A stretch of 64,000 nt of DNA from Polyangiaceae bacterium (GTDB lineage: Bacteria; Myxococcota_A; Polyangia; Polyangiales; Polyangiaceae). The stretch spans positions 8,555-72,554 of the forward strand of contig JBGANF010000029.1 of assembly GCA_044222475.1 (NCBI GenBank), read 5' to 3'. The position numbers and the translations under genes were made by a program. The notes under the pieces were generated by a model. That model was not told the DNA's origin. It saw nothing but the letters and a program-made list of their open reading frames with translations, and searched no databases. Positions within the stretch are counted from its first letter, which is position 1. Every line of letters starts with the position of its first letter. This document shows, piece after piece, positions 9,839 through 17,226 of this stretch.

Positions 9839-11287
9839 TCAGCCGACGCGAACGCGCGTCGCGCGACCGGCGGCGCCGGCCGGTCCGCCTGGCGTGGGGT
9901 CGTCGGGAGCGGGTCGGTAGTCGGTGCCCTTCGGGTTGTACGGCCCGATGGAGTCGTCGGCGGGCTTGAAGAGATCACTCGGCTTGATCGCCGGAGTGAC
10001 GACCGGGTTGTTGCCGCCCCAACCGTCGCCTTCAGGTCCGACGTTCTTGTAGAGGAAGTCGAGGTAGCTCACTGGAGATCCGGGAACGCGAGGCCCGAAC
10101 CCGCCCGCGACGATGACGCCGACGCCACCGGTGCTGCCGCCGTGAGGAGTGAAGTAGGGTCCGCCTTTGTGGATGGGGGGCCCTTCGTCGCCGCCGTCAC
10201 CCCATGGGTCTCCCATGCCCTCGCCATCTGGATCGGGATCCGGTGGAGTCGGGTCGCTGGGCGTCGGATCGCTGGGCGTCGGGTCGGATGGCGCCGGTCC
10301 GGAGGGCGTCGACGGCGGCGTCGGACTCCCCACCGGCGGTGACGGCGTCAGCGGTCCTGGGGCTGGTAGAACGATGGTACCGTCGCCCGGTCCGGGCGTT
10401 GGACTACCTCCGGTCCCGACCTTGTTGCGATCGACGTCCGCGCCCGTCACTCGATCGCCGCTGCCCTTGGAGCCGGTCTCCGAGTAGCCCGGCGAGGAGC
10501 CTTTCCGCGACCCGGAGCTCCCGGGCTGTCGCCCGGTGCCGCTGCCCGAGTGCTTGCCAATCGAGCCGAGCCCGCCGCCGTTCCACGGGCCAGGCGGCTC
10601 GTCGCCTCCGAGACCGATTCCGCCGACTCCGTGCCCGACGCCACCGGGTCCCGGACCGACACCGGGGAAGAACCCGAGACCTGGCATGAACTGACTGCCA
10701 CCGGGACCGCGGCCGCTGCGATTGCCGCCTAGACTCCCGAGTAGTCCACCGCCATATCCCGGCAGACTCGGCGCGCCCCCAATTCCACCGACGCCGCCCA
10801 TGCCGCCGGGACCCGTGTGCACGCCGCCGCCGATGCGCGTGCCGTTGGGGAGGAGGGCGCCGGAGCTTGCGCCCAGAAGCCGCTTGATCGCCTCTGCAAC
10901 GGATCGTGCGTCCGCAAGACGCTGTCTAATCGCTTTGAGATGAGCATACCACGCGAATATCATGTCCATCTCTGTCTCGGCCGGCTTGCCTCCTAGACCC
11001 TTGTTGTAATTCCACCAGTTCGTGTATGCGTGGCGTTCGTTTTGGAGGGCATTTTTCTCGCCGTCGAGAACGGTCGGCGGGGAGAGGATGCCGTCTCGAA
11101 CTCCGCGCCGGATGTCATCCACGACGTCGGCATCGTCTTGTTCCATTTGACTGAGCATGGACTCGACATAAGTATCCTTCCCCGTCTGAGTGAGATTTGT
11201 CCACCATGGTGGGAGTTGTGTAGTCGGATCAAATGGCAAGTAATGGATCACCTGATCCACTGGTGATTGCTTCATGTCGATCGGCAT
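9839..11287 (-). CDS. Gly/Pro-rich protein, copy 2 (unique N-terminal domain, conserved C-terminal blocks); putative polymorphic effector
   Basis: ATG 11287 is preceded by GAGGAG; shares GALLPNGTRIGGGVHTG... and DEGPPIHKGGPYFTPHGG...DYRPAPDDP blocks with 12020..13369. Confidence 0.75.
   Translation of the reverse strand: MPIDMKQSPVDQVIHYLPFDPTTQLPPWWTNLTQTGKDTYVESMLSQMEQDDADVVDDIRRGVRDGILSPPTVLDGEKNALQNERHAYTNWWNYNKGLGGKPAETEMDMIFAWYAHLKAIRQRLADARSVAEAIKRLLGASSGALLPNGTRIGGGVHTGPGGMGGVGGIGGAPSLPGYGGGLLGSLGGNRSGRGPGGSQFMPGLGFFPGVGPGPGGVGHGVGGIGLGGDEPPGPWNGGGLGSIGKHSGSGTGRQPGSSGSRKGSSPGYSETGSKGSGDRVTGADVDRNKVGTGGSPTPGPGDGTIVLPAPGPLTPSPPVGSPTPPSTPSGPAPSDPTPSDPTPSDPTPPDPDPDGEGMGDPWGDGGDEGPPIHKGGPYFTPHGGSTGGVGVIVAGGFGPRVPGSPVSYLDFLYKNVGPEGDGWGGNNPVVTPAIKPSDLFKPADDSIGPYNPKGTDYRPAPDDPTPGGPAGAAGRATRVRVG
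10731..10846. repeat. 116-bp direct repeat, copy A (copy B at 12903-13018)
   Basis: 115/116 identical by eye, single mismatch at 10799. Confidence 0.9.
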
Positions 11288-11297
11288 ATCGATCTCC

Positions 11298-12023
11298 TCA
11301 TCTGACGGCACCTGGTACATAAGCGCACCTACCACCGATCCTCGGTGCCCATGCATCGGCTGGCGTGGACGTCCTGGACCACACCGGAAGCCCCGGGTCC
11401 CCTCGTACCCAGTACCAGACGGTGTCCGGAGTCACGGTTCCCGGCGGCGCCCAGCCTGGTGGGCTCGTGGTCGAGGTCCATTCCTTCAAACCGGAGACCA
11501 TTCCGCGAACACCGAAGGGCGAGATGTCGTGTCCAGTCGGTAGGTAGAGGTCGTCCTCTCCGAGGTCATCGTTACCCCACGGATAGACTCGGCCGTCTCG
11601 TCCTCTGGCGGCGACTTCCCACTCTTCATCCGTGGGAATGCGCCCGGACTTGCTGCGGCAATAGTCGGCGAGGTCCGAAAAGGTCAGGCAGCCTGCCAAA
11701 CCCGGGGCATCAGGTCGAAAGCATGGCTTCGGACGGGGTGAACATTGCAGCAGCGCGACGCATGTGTCGAATTCGTTAGCGCTCACTTCGCGCTCGTCGA
11801 TGCAGAATGCACCGACCTCGTACTCAGCCGGCGGTGTCCCACCGTGATCGGTTCCCCCCAACGTCGCTCGACCTGACGGGATGAAGATCCCGCGACTGCA
11901 TCTTGCAGAGGTGGGTGACGGGGGTGGATTGCCTCGAGGGGGCGATTGTCCAGCACAGCCTGATGCGGTCATGAGGGCGGTGGCCACCAGCCACACCGGA
12001 ACACGCACCGAGGAACGGATCAT
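11298..12023 (-). CDS. FGE-sulfatase (SUMF1, C-type lectin fold) domain lipoprotein
   Basis: Lipobox LMTASGC; FCIDEREVS, GRIPTDEEWEVAARGRDGRVYPWG, SPFGVRGMVSGLKEW, GGRCA; ATGA overlap with upstream gene. Confidence 0.85.
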   Translation of the reverse strand: MIRSSVRVPVWLVATALMTASGCAGQSPPRGNPPPSPTSARCSRGIFIPSGRATLGGTDHGGTPPAEYEVGAFCIDEREVSANEFDTCVALLQCSPRPKPCFRPDAPGLAGCLTFSDLADYCRSKSGRIPTDEEWEVAARGRDGRVYPWGNDDLGEDDLYLPTGHDISPFGVRGMVSGLKEWTSTTSPPGWAPPGTVTPDTVWYWVRGDPGLPVWSRTSTPADAWAPRIGGRCAYVPGAVR

Positions 12024-13369
12024 CGAGCTCGTCTGGCGGTGAGGCCCGCAGCGCCAGCCGGACCGCCGGGCATGGGATCGTCAGGAGCAGGTCGGTAGTC
12101 GGTGCCCTTGGGGTTGTAGGGTCCAATGGAGTCGTCGGCGGGCTTGAACAGATCGCTCGGTTTGATCGCGGGAGTCACGACGGGGTTGTTTCCGCCCCAT
12201 GCGTCGCCCTCCGGGCCGACGTTCTTGTGGAGGAAGTCGAGGTAGCTGACTGGAGACCCGGGGACGCGAACGCCGAAACCACCCGCGACCATGACCCCAA
12301 CGCCGCCGGTGCTGCCACCGTGGGGAGTGAAGTAAGGCCCGCCTTTGTGAATCGGAGGTCCTTCGTCGGAGCCGCCGCCACCGCCGTCGTCGGAGGGACG
12401 TCCGCCTCCACCTCCGGTCGGCACCCACTTGTAACGAATCACTCCATCCTTGTTGTACGTCTTGACCCAGTCTCCGTCTGGCTTCTCGGTGGGGTTGTTG
12501 TCCTCCGACATCCCCTTCATCGAGAGATTCTCGTTCTCCGACGGAGATTTTTCCGACGGCGTGCCGCCGCTTCCGCCCACGTCGGTACCGTTGTCGCGAC
12601 TCACGTCGGAGCCAGTCACCCGATCGCCGCCACCCTTGGAGCCAGTCTCGGAGTATCCGGAGCCCACACCCTTCTTGGTGCCACCGCCTGTTCCGGGCTG
12701 TCGGCCGGTGCCGCCCCCCGGATGCTTGCCGATGGATCCGAGGCCGTTTCCGTTCCACGGGCCGGGCGCATCGTTGTCGCCGAGTCCAATTCCCCCGACG
12801 CCGTGTCCGACGCCGCCCGGGCCAGGACCTGCACCAGGGAAGAACCCGAGACCCGGCATGAACTGACTGCCACCGGGACCGCGCCCGCTGCGGTTCCCCC
12901 CAAGACTCCCGAGTAGTCCACCGCCATATCCCGGCAGACTCGGCGCGCCCCCAATTCCACCGACGCCGCCGATGCCGCCGGGACCCGTGTGCACGCCGCC
13001 GCCGATGCGCGTGCCGTTCGGCAGAAGTGCTCCGCCGGAGGGGAGCGTGTTGACCCGATTACCATGAAGCTTGTAGATCTGATTGATTTGATTAAGATAC
13101 TGCTTTTGGAGTTCCTGGAATGTGACGATATCAATCTTGTCGTACCCGTTAGGGTGCTTGGAAGCGTCGTACACCCACGCTCTTGTGTCCTTCCAATCCT
13201 TCAAGAGATTGTCTATCTGCCCATTCTCCCCGGACGTGAGCGCGCCTTTTTGGGCCCAGTAGTTGCGGTCGGCTTGGAGCTTGTCAAAGAGTGGCTGCAG
13301 CTGCTCAGTAGCCTTTTTGAGCGCCTTCTCGTAGTCGACCACCGCCTGTTGTTTTAGTGTTCCGGACAT
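12020..13369 (-). CDS. Gly/Pro-rich protein, copy 1 (unique N-terminal helical domain, conserved C-terminal blocks); putative polymorphic effector
   Basis: 449 aa, GAGGGG upstream, no signal peptide, paralogous to 9839..11287 only from ~residue 112 onward. Confidence 0.8.
   Translation of the reverse strand: MSGTLKQQAVVDYEKALKKATEQLQPLFDKLQADRNYWAQKGALTSGENGQIDNLLKDWKDTRAWVYDASKHPNGYDKIDIVTFQELQKQYLNQINQIYKLHGNRVNTLPSGGALLPNGTRIGGGVHTGPGGIGGVGGIGGAPSLPGYGGGLLGSLGGNRSGRGPGGSQFMPGLGFFPGAGPGPGGVGHGVGGIGLGDNDAPGPWNGNGLGSIGKHPGGGTGRQPGTGGGTKKGVGSGYSETGSKGGGDRVTGSDVSRDNGTDVGGSGGTPSEKSPSENENLSMKGMSEDNNPTEKPDGDWVKTYNKDGVIRYKWVPTGGGGGRPSDDGGGGGSDEGPPIHKGGPYFTPHGGSTGGVGVMVAGGFGVRVPGSPVSYLDFLHKNVGPEGDAWGGNNPVVTPAIKPSDLFKPADDSIGPYNPKGTDYRPAPDDPMPGGPAGAAGLTARRAR
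12903..13018. repeat. 116-bp direct repeat, copy B
   Basis: Near-identical to 10731-10846. Confidence 0.9.
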
Positions 13370-13394
13370 GATGTTTGCATCCCCTCGTCAATCG

Positions 13395-14159
13395 CTACTT
13401 AGCACACCGAAATCCAGGGTATTTGGCGTCTGCGTCCATGCATGAGCAAGCGAAGATCGAGCTATCCCCAGGATCGAACGCTCCGTGGCCTCGCACAAGC
13501 CATGAGGGACCGTATGAGGGTGTGTAGTCCAAACAGAGCGGCCCATCCGTCCATTCCGGCGCGTTTCCGCCAAGGTCGAATACACCCTCGGGGGTGACGT
13601 CTTCAGGCAAGCTCCCCACCGGCTTGACACGAATTAGAAGTCCGACGTCGGGCCAGGCTGTCTCCTTCCAAGGATTTGCGCGTCGCTCGTGACCGGCGGC
13701 TGCAAGCTCCCACTCGTCGCTCGTCACGAGGTGCTTGCCTTTAGCGCCACAATAGGCGCGCGCATTTTCAATGGATACGCCGGTGGCGGGATATCGCTCG
13801 ACATCTGGTTTTGCGAATCGATAGTTCCATTCAGCGCCTGCCCACTGCTTGTACTCGAGTGACGTAACCTCGAGACGATCGATGCAAAAATTCCTTAGCG
13901 TCACCGTCCGAGGCGGCACATAGGGCTTTTTGGAGGACCCCAACTCGACCGTGCCACCTTCAATCCAAGCCATTTCCTGCGGACACTTGGCCGCAGTCGG
14001 GTCGGGTTGGGTGGCGTCACCAGGTGGACTCGGTCTGGCGTTCTGAGGACTTCGACATGCGACAACTGTAAGAGCAATCACTGAGCTTGATGCCCACACG
14101 CGACGCGTCGTGCGTGCGCGACGAGGGTAATCGCTGACCGATTTGGACGACGAGTTCAC
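13395..14159 (-). CDS. FGE-sulfatase (SUMF1) domain lipoprotein
   Basis: GTG 14159 overlaps the upstream TGA; lipobox LTVVAC; CPQEMAWIEGG, FCIDRLEVT, EWELAAAG, GVFDLGGNAPEW, GFRCA. Confidence 0.85.
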   Translation of the reverse strand: MNSSSKSVSDYPRRARTTRRVWASSSVIALTVVACRSPQNARPSPPGDATQPDPTAAKCPQEMAWIEGGTVELGSSKKPYVPPRTVTLRNFCIDRLEVTSLEYKQWAGAEWNYRFAKPDVERYPATGVSIENARAYCGAKGKHLVTSDEWELAAAGHERRANPWKETAWPDVGLLIRVKPVGSLPEDVTPEGVFDLGGNAPEWTDGPLCLDYTPSYGPSWLVRGHGAFDPGDSSIFACSCMDADAKYPGFRCAK

Positions 14160-15244
14160 GTCGCACCGAGTCCGTAAAGTCCATTTAGATACCCTACGAC
14201 CAACTGCCGCTCCGGTGTCGTCAGGATCCTGTTGAACATCATCATCTCGCACCAGTAGCCGTCGTAGTAGGTACCGACGGCTTGGTTTGTCCCGAGCTCG
14301 GGCGCGGACGAGAGCCCCACCGTGTTCGTGCCCGACGAGAACTGCGTCGTTCCGTTGATCTTGTTCTTCCACGTCGAGCCGTTCTCGACCTCGTAGACGA
14401 CGGGGTTCGCGAGGCTCACCACCGGCGTGCCGCAGACGTAGCGGGTCGTTCCCCCGCCGTCGTCGTAGATCTGCCCGTCGCCGGTGAAGGGGAAGTGGCT
14501 CGACAGGCCCGAGGTCCCGAGGTTCCACAAGCCCGAGTGCAGCCCAACCGGTGGCAGCGCGTTCACCAGCTTGTTCACCAGGAACGTGTGGCTCGCGGTG
14601 TAGCCGGCGAGAGACTTGGTCAGCGTCATGTACTTCTCGCTCCCCGCGGAGGACGCATCGAAGAACACCGTAGGCCGGCCGTTGATTTGGATCGGGTTGT
14701 AGGCCGGCTGACGCGTCGTGGCCGCGATGTCCTGAACGGCATCGTTCGCGGCGGGAGATTGGTCGGCCCAACGGATGACATTGCTCCCGTTGAGTGTGAT
14801 GCCCATGTCGGCCCGAAGCCAGAGGATGCACCCTCCGAGGTGATTCGGCTGGAACGGGCCCACCGCTTCGCCCGCGCGGCAGTAAATCTTCACGTGGGCG
14901 CGCGTCGTACCTCCGAACGGGTTCGTGAGCTGGACGCGCACGCGGACGAGGCTCGGGCCCGGTCCGATCGTCCCTGGATCCACGCCACTCGCGTTGTTCG
15001 TCACCCCGGTGGTGAGGGCCGCCGCGTTCACTTCGGGAACGGCGTTCTTGCTCGTCCAGCGGCGACCGTCGGACGAGACCTCGAGCTGCACGGTGATCGC
15101 CGTGGCGTTCACGACGTCGTCGGTGACGACCTGGAGCACGAAGGCGTCGTAGTCGCCGAGCTCGTTGTTCAGCTCGGTGGAGGAGTAGGTGCTCTGGGTG
15201 TCTTCGATGTAGTCGTCGAACGCAAGGTAGACCTTGCGGCGCAA
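14156..15244 (-). CDS. Beta-sandwich N-domain (paralog of 15246..15623) fused to a LamG/concanavalin-like domain
   Basis: LAFDDYI...LN..LGDYD...VQLEVSSDGRRW..KN; then LWLRADMGIT...WADQS...INGRPTVFFD...YDGYWCEMMMFNRILT. Confidence 0.75.
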   Translation of the reverse strand: MRRKVYLAFDDYIEDTQSTYSSTELNNELGDYDAFVLQVVTDDVVNATAITVQLEVSSDGRRWTSKNAVPEVNAAALTTGVTNNASGVDPGTIGPGPSLVRVRVQLTNPFGGTTRAHVKIYCRAGEAVGPFQPNHLGGCILWLRADMGITLNGSNVIRWADQSPAANDAVQDIAATTRQPAYNPIQINGRPTVFFDASSAGSEKYMTLTKSLAGYTASHTFLVNKLVNALPPVGLHSGLWNLGTSGLSSHFPFTGDGQIYDDGGGTTRYVCGTPVVSLANPVVYEVENGSTWKNKINGTTQFSSGTNTVGLSSAPELGTNQAVGTYYDGYWCEMMMFNRILTTPERQLVVGYLNGLYGLGAT

Positions 15245-15245
15245 G

Positions 15246-15623
15246 CTACGCCACCGTGTCGCGTCCGGTGACCCACACCTTCACGTGCGCCGTCGGTGAC
15301 GTTCCGCCGATCGTGATTGCGAGGCGCACGTAGCCGAGGGATCCGGTGCTGCTCGTGTCGCCCCCGAAGACGCTCGGCGTCGCGACGCTCACGGACACCG
15401 CGTTGATCTCGGCGGTTGTGTTCTTCGCGAGCCAATTCCGCTGGTCGACGGAGTGCTCGATCTGCACCTTGATGGTGTTGCCGCTACCGCCGAGGCTGTC
15501 GCAGGTCGCTTGCATCGTGAGTTTGTCATAGAGTCCGAGCGCATCATTCAGCGACTGCGGCGTGTAGACCGTGGTCGTGTTCATGATGAAGTCGTCGAAC
15601 GCGAGAATGGCGAGCTTGCGCAT
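15246..15623 (-). CDS. Small beta-strand-rich hypothetical protein (125 aa)
   Basis: AAGGAAGGGA RBS before ATG 15623; LAFDDFI...LN..LGLYD...VQIEHSVDQRNW..KN; no signal peptide. Confidence 0.75.
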   Translation of the reverse strand: MRKLAILAFDDFIMNTTTVYTPQSLNDALGLYDKLTMQATCDSLGGSGNTIKVQIEHSVDQRNWLAKNTTAEINAVSVSVATPSVFGGDTSSTGSLGYVRLAITIGGTSPTAHVKVWVTGRDTVA

Positions 15624-15742
15624 CGTGAGGGTCCCTTCCTTCTTTGTTGGAGTCGAAGGCGACCGGCGCCCCAGCGGCAGTGCCCTGGTTCGTCTCGTCC
15701 CCCTCGCGACGCACATCGCGTCGACGAAGAGATCGTTACGTA

Positions 15743-15897
15743 TTTTTTTTTTCGCCTTTCAAGGACTTTCGCGATCTCGCAACGTCTCGCAATCACCATT
15801 TGCAAACGAGCCAAAATTAAGGGGTTCCGTGTGGAGGGGGTGCAGCCTGGGTTGCAGGCGGACTGACCGTTTGGTGCGTTGTCCCAACATGGGACAA
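15743..15897. promoter_or_regulatory. Divergent promoter region: T10 tract, TCTCGCAA direct repeat, TTGTCCCA-N3-TGGGACAA palindrome
   Basis: T10 at 15743-15752; repeats at 15775 and 15785; palindrome at 15879-15897. Confidence 0.45.
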
Positions 15898-15965
15898 ACG
15901 TCTTTGCTGTGTGACGGCGGCCAATCAGGGGTGTCGAGAGACCGAATCAATGGTACGATCTGCGA

Positions 15966-16910
15966 ATGAAGGCCTCTCACCTCATCCTGTTCGTTGGCAC
16001 GGTCGCCGTCGCCGCGTTGGCGTGCGGCGGCGAGACACCCGTCACTGCAACGTGCGTCACGGGTCAGTCCATCGCGTGCGCCGGAAACGGCGGGTGCAGC
16101 GGGTCGCAGGTATGCAAGAGCGACGGCACGTACGACACGTGCTCATGTGGCCAGCCGACGGACGGCGGCATCACCGACGGATCGATCGACACGGGCACCT
16201 CCAATGATGCTGGCCCCGACGCGACCAGCACCGATGGCGGGCCGTGGACACCGAAGAGCTTCGGCGGCCTTGCGCTGTGGCTCGACACGTCGGTCGGCGT
16301 CGTCGCGGACCTACAACAGACCGGCTACGTGAAGCGCTGGCTCGATCAATCGGGCAACGGCAACAACGCCGAGAAGGTCGACAACAACGGCACCGGACTC
16401 GCCGTGGACCCGCAGGCGATCAACGGGCACGATGCGATCGTCTGTGGATACCAAACGCACTTCGAAGTCGCCGACTCTGCTTCGGTCCAGTTCGGCACCG
16501 GCGGGTTCCTCGTCGCGGCGGTGCTGAAGTATGGAGGAAACACTGCCTCGACGATCTACCCGGTCATCCAGAAAAACCAGACCCTTCAGCTGTGGATGCC
16601 CATTCAAAACGAGCAGGCGCTCAAGTTCGGCGCTGGCTCCAAGACGCTCTCGGCCTCGTTCACGACCCCCAAGTGGACGACGGTGATCGCGCAGTCGACG
16701 ATGTCGCTCGAGTTCGACGGGGTCACCTCCACCGGCCCTGCAGCCACCGAGGACGTGAGCGCGCCTGGGTGGCCCGTCTTCCTCTGCGGCACGCAAGGCA
16801 CCACGACGCCGAAGGTCGAATTCGCCGAGATCATCATGGTGAAAGGAACGGCGAAGCCGGCGGACGTCGTGGCGTTGAAGGCGTACTTCAAGACGAAGTA
16901 CGGTTTGTGA
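15966..16910 (+). CDS. Lipoprotein with Cys-rich N-region and LamG-like domain
   Basis: Lipobox AALAC; WTPKSFGGLALWLD...WLDQSGNGN...INGHDAI...AEIIMV...YFKTKYGL. Confidence 0.8.
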   Translation: MKASHLILFVGTVAVAALACGGETPVTATCVTGQSIACAGNGGCSGSQVCKSDGTYDTCSCGQPTDGGITDGSIDTGTSNDAGPDATSTDGGPWTPKSFGGLALWLDTSVGVVADLQQTGYVKRWLDQSGNGNNAEKVDNNGTGLAVDPQAINGHDAIVCGYQTHFEVADSASVQFGTGGFLVAAVLKYGGNTASTIYPVIQKNQTLQLWMPIQNEQALKFGAGSKTLSASFTTPKWTTVIAQSTMSLEFDGVTSTGPAATEDVSAPGWPVFLCGTQGTTTPKVEFAEIIMVKGTAKPADVVALKAYFKTKYGL

Positions 16911-16937
16911 CGTACCTGCGTGGTAGGCTCTCTCGTG

Positions 16938-17183
16938 ATGCCGTTCGACACGGATCCGCGCGCCCACCAAGTGCAGGTCGAAGCCCTCCGCCGGCTCGGC
17001 CCCGCGGCGCGAGTGGAGCAGGCGTTCGAAATGAGCGAGCTCGCGCGCGAGACGAGCAAGGCGGGGATCAAGAAGCGCCACCCCACGTACACGGACGAAG
17101 ACGCGGTTCGAGCGCTCGTCTGGCTCCTCTACGGAGAGGACTTGGCGCGAAAGATCTGGAAGTCGGGCGCGCGCGCACCGTGA
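16938..17183 (+). CDS. Small helical protein resembling NTase-associated antitoxins (orphan)
   Basis: DTDPRAHQVQVEALRRLGPAARVEQAFEMSE...GIKKRHP...LYG pattern; no partner gene follows. Confidence 0.6.
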   Translation: MPFDTDPRAHQVQVEALRRLGPAARVEQAFEMSELARETSKAGIKKRHPTYTDEDAVRALVWLLYGEDLARKIWKSGARAP

Positions 17184-17226
17184 CCCCTGGCGCAGTAGTG
17201 GGAACGCGCAACGGCGCGCTGACCGT

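Noticed and set aside
11298..14159. Diversity-generating retroelement (FGE/C-type lectin domains are common DGR targets)
   Set aside because: No reverse transcriptase and no template repeat matching the FGE C-termini. The repeats lie in the Gly-rich genes and differ mostly at synonymous, not adenine-specific, sites. A remote DGR cannot be excluded.
14160..14831. N-terminal extension of the 478-aa ORF 13395..14831
   Set aside because: Out-of-frame overlap with the LamG gene; the lipoprotein signal starts after GTG 14159
15951..15964. Sigma54 promoter TGGTACGATCTGC before the LamG lipoprotein
   Set aside because: GG-to-GC spacing is 8 nt instead of the required 10
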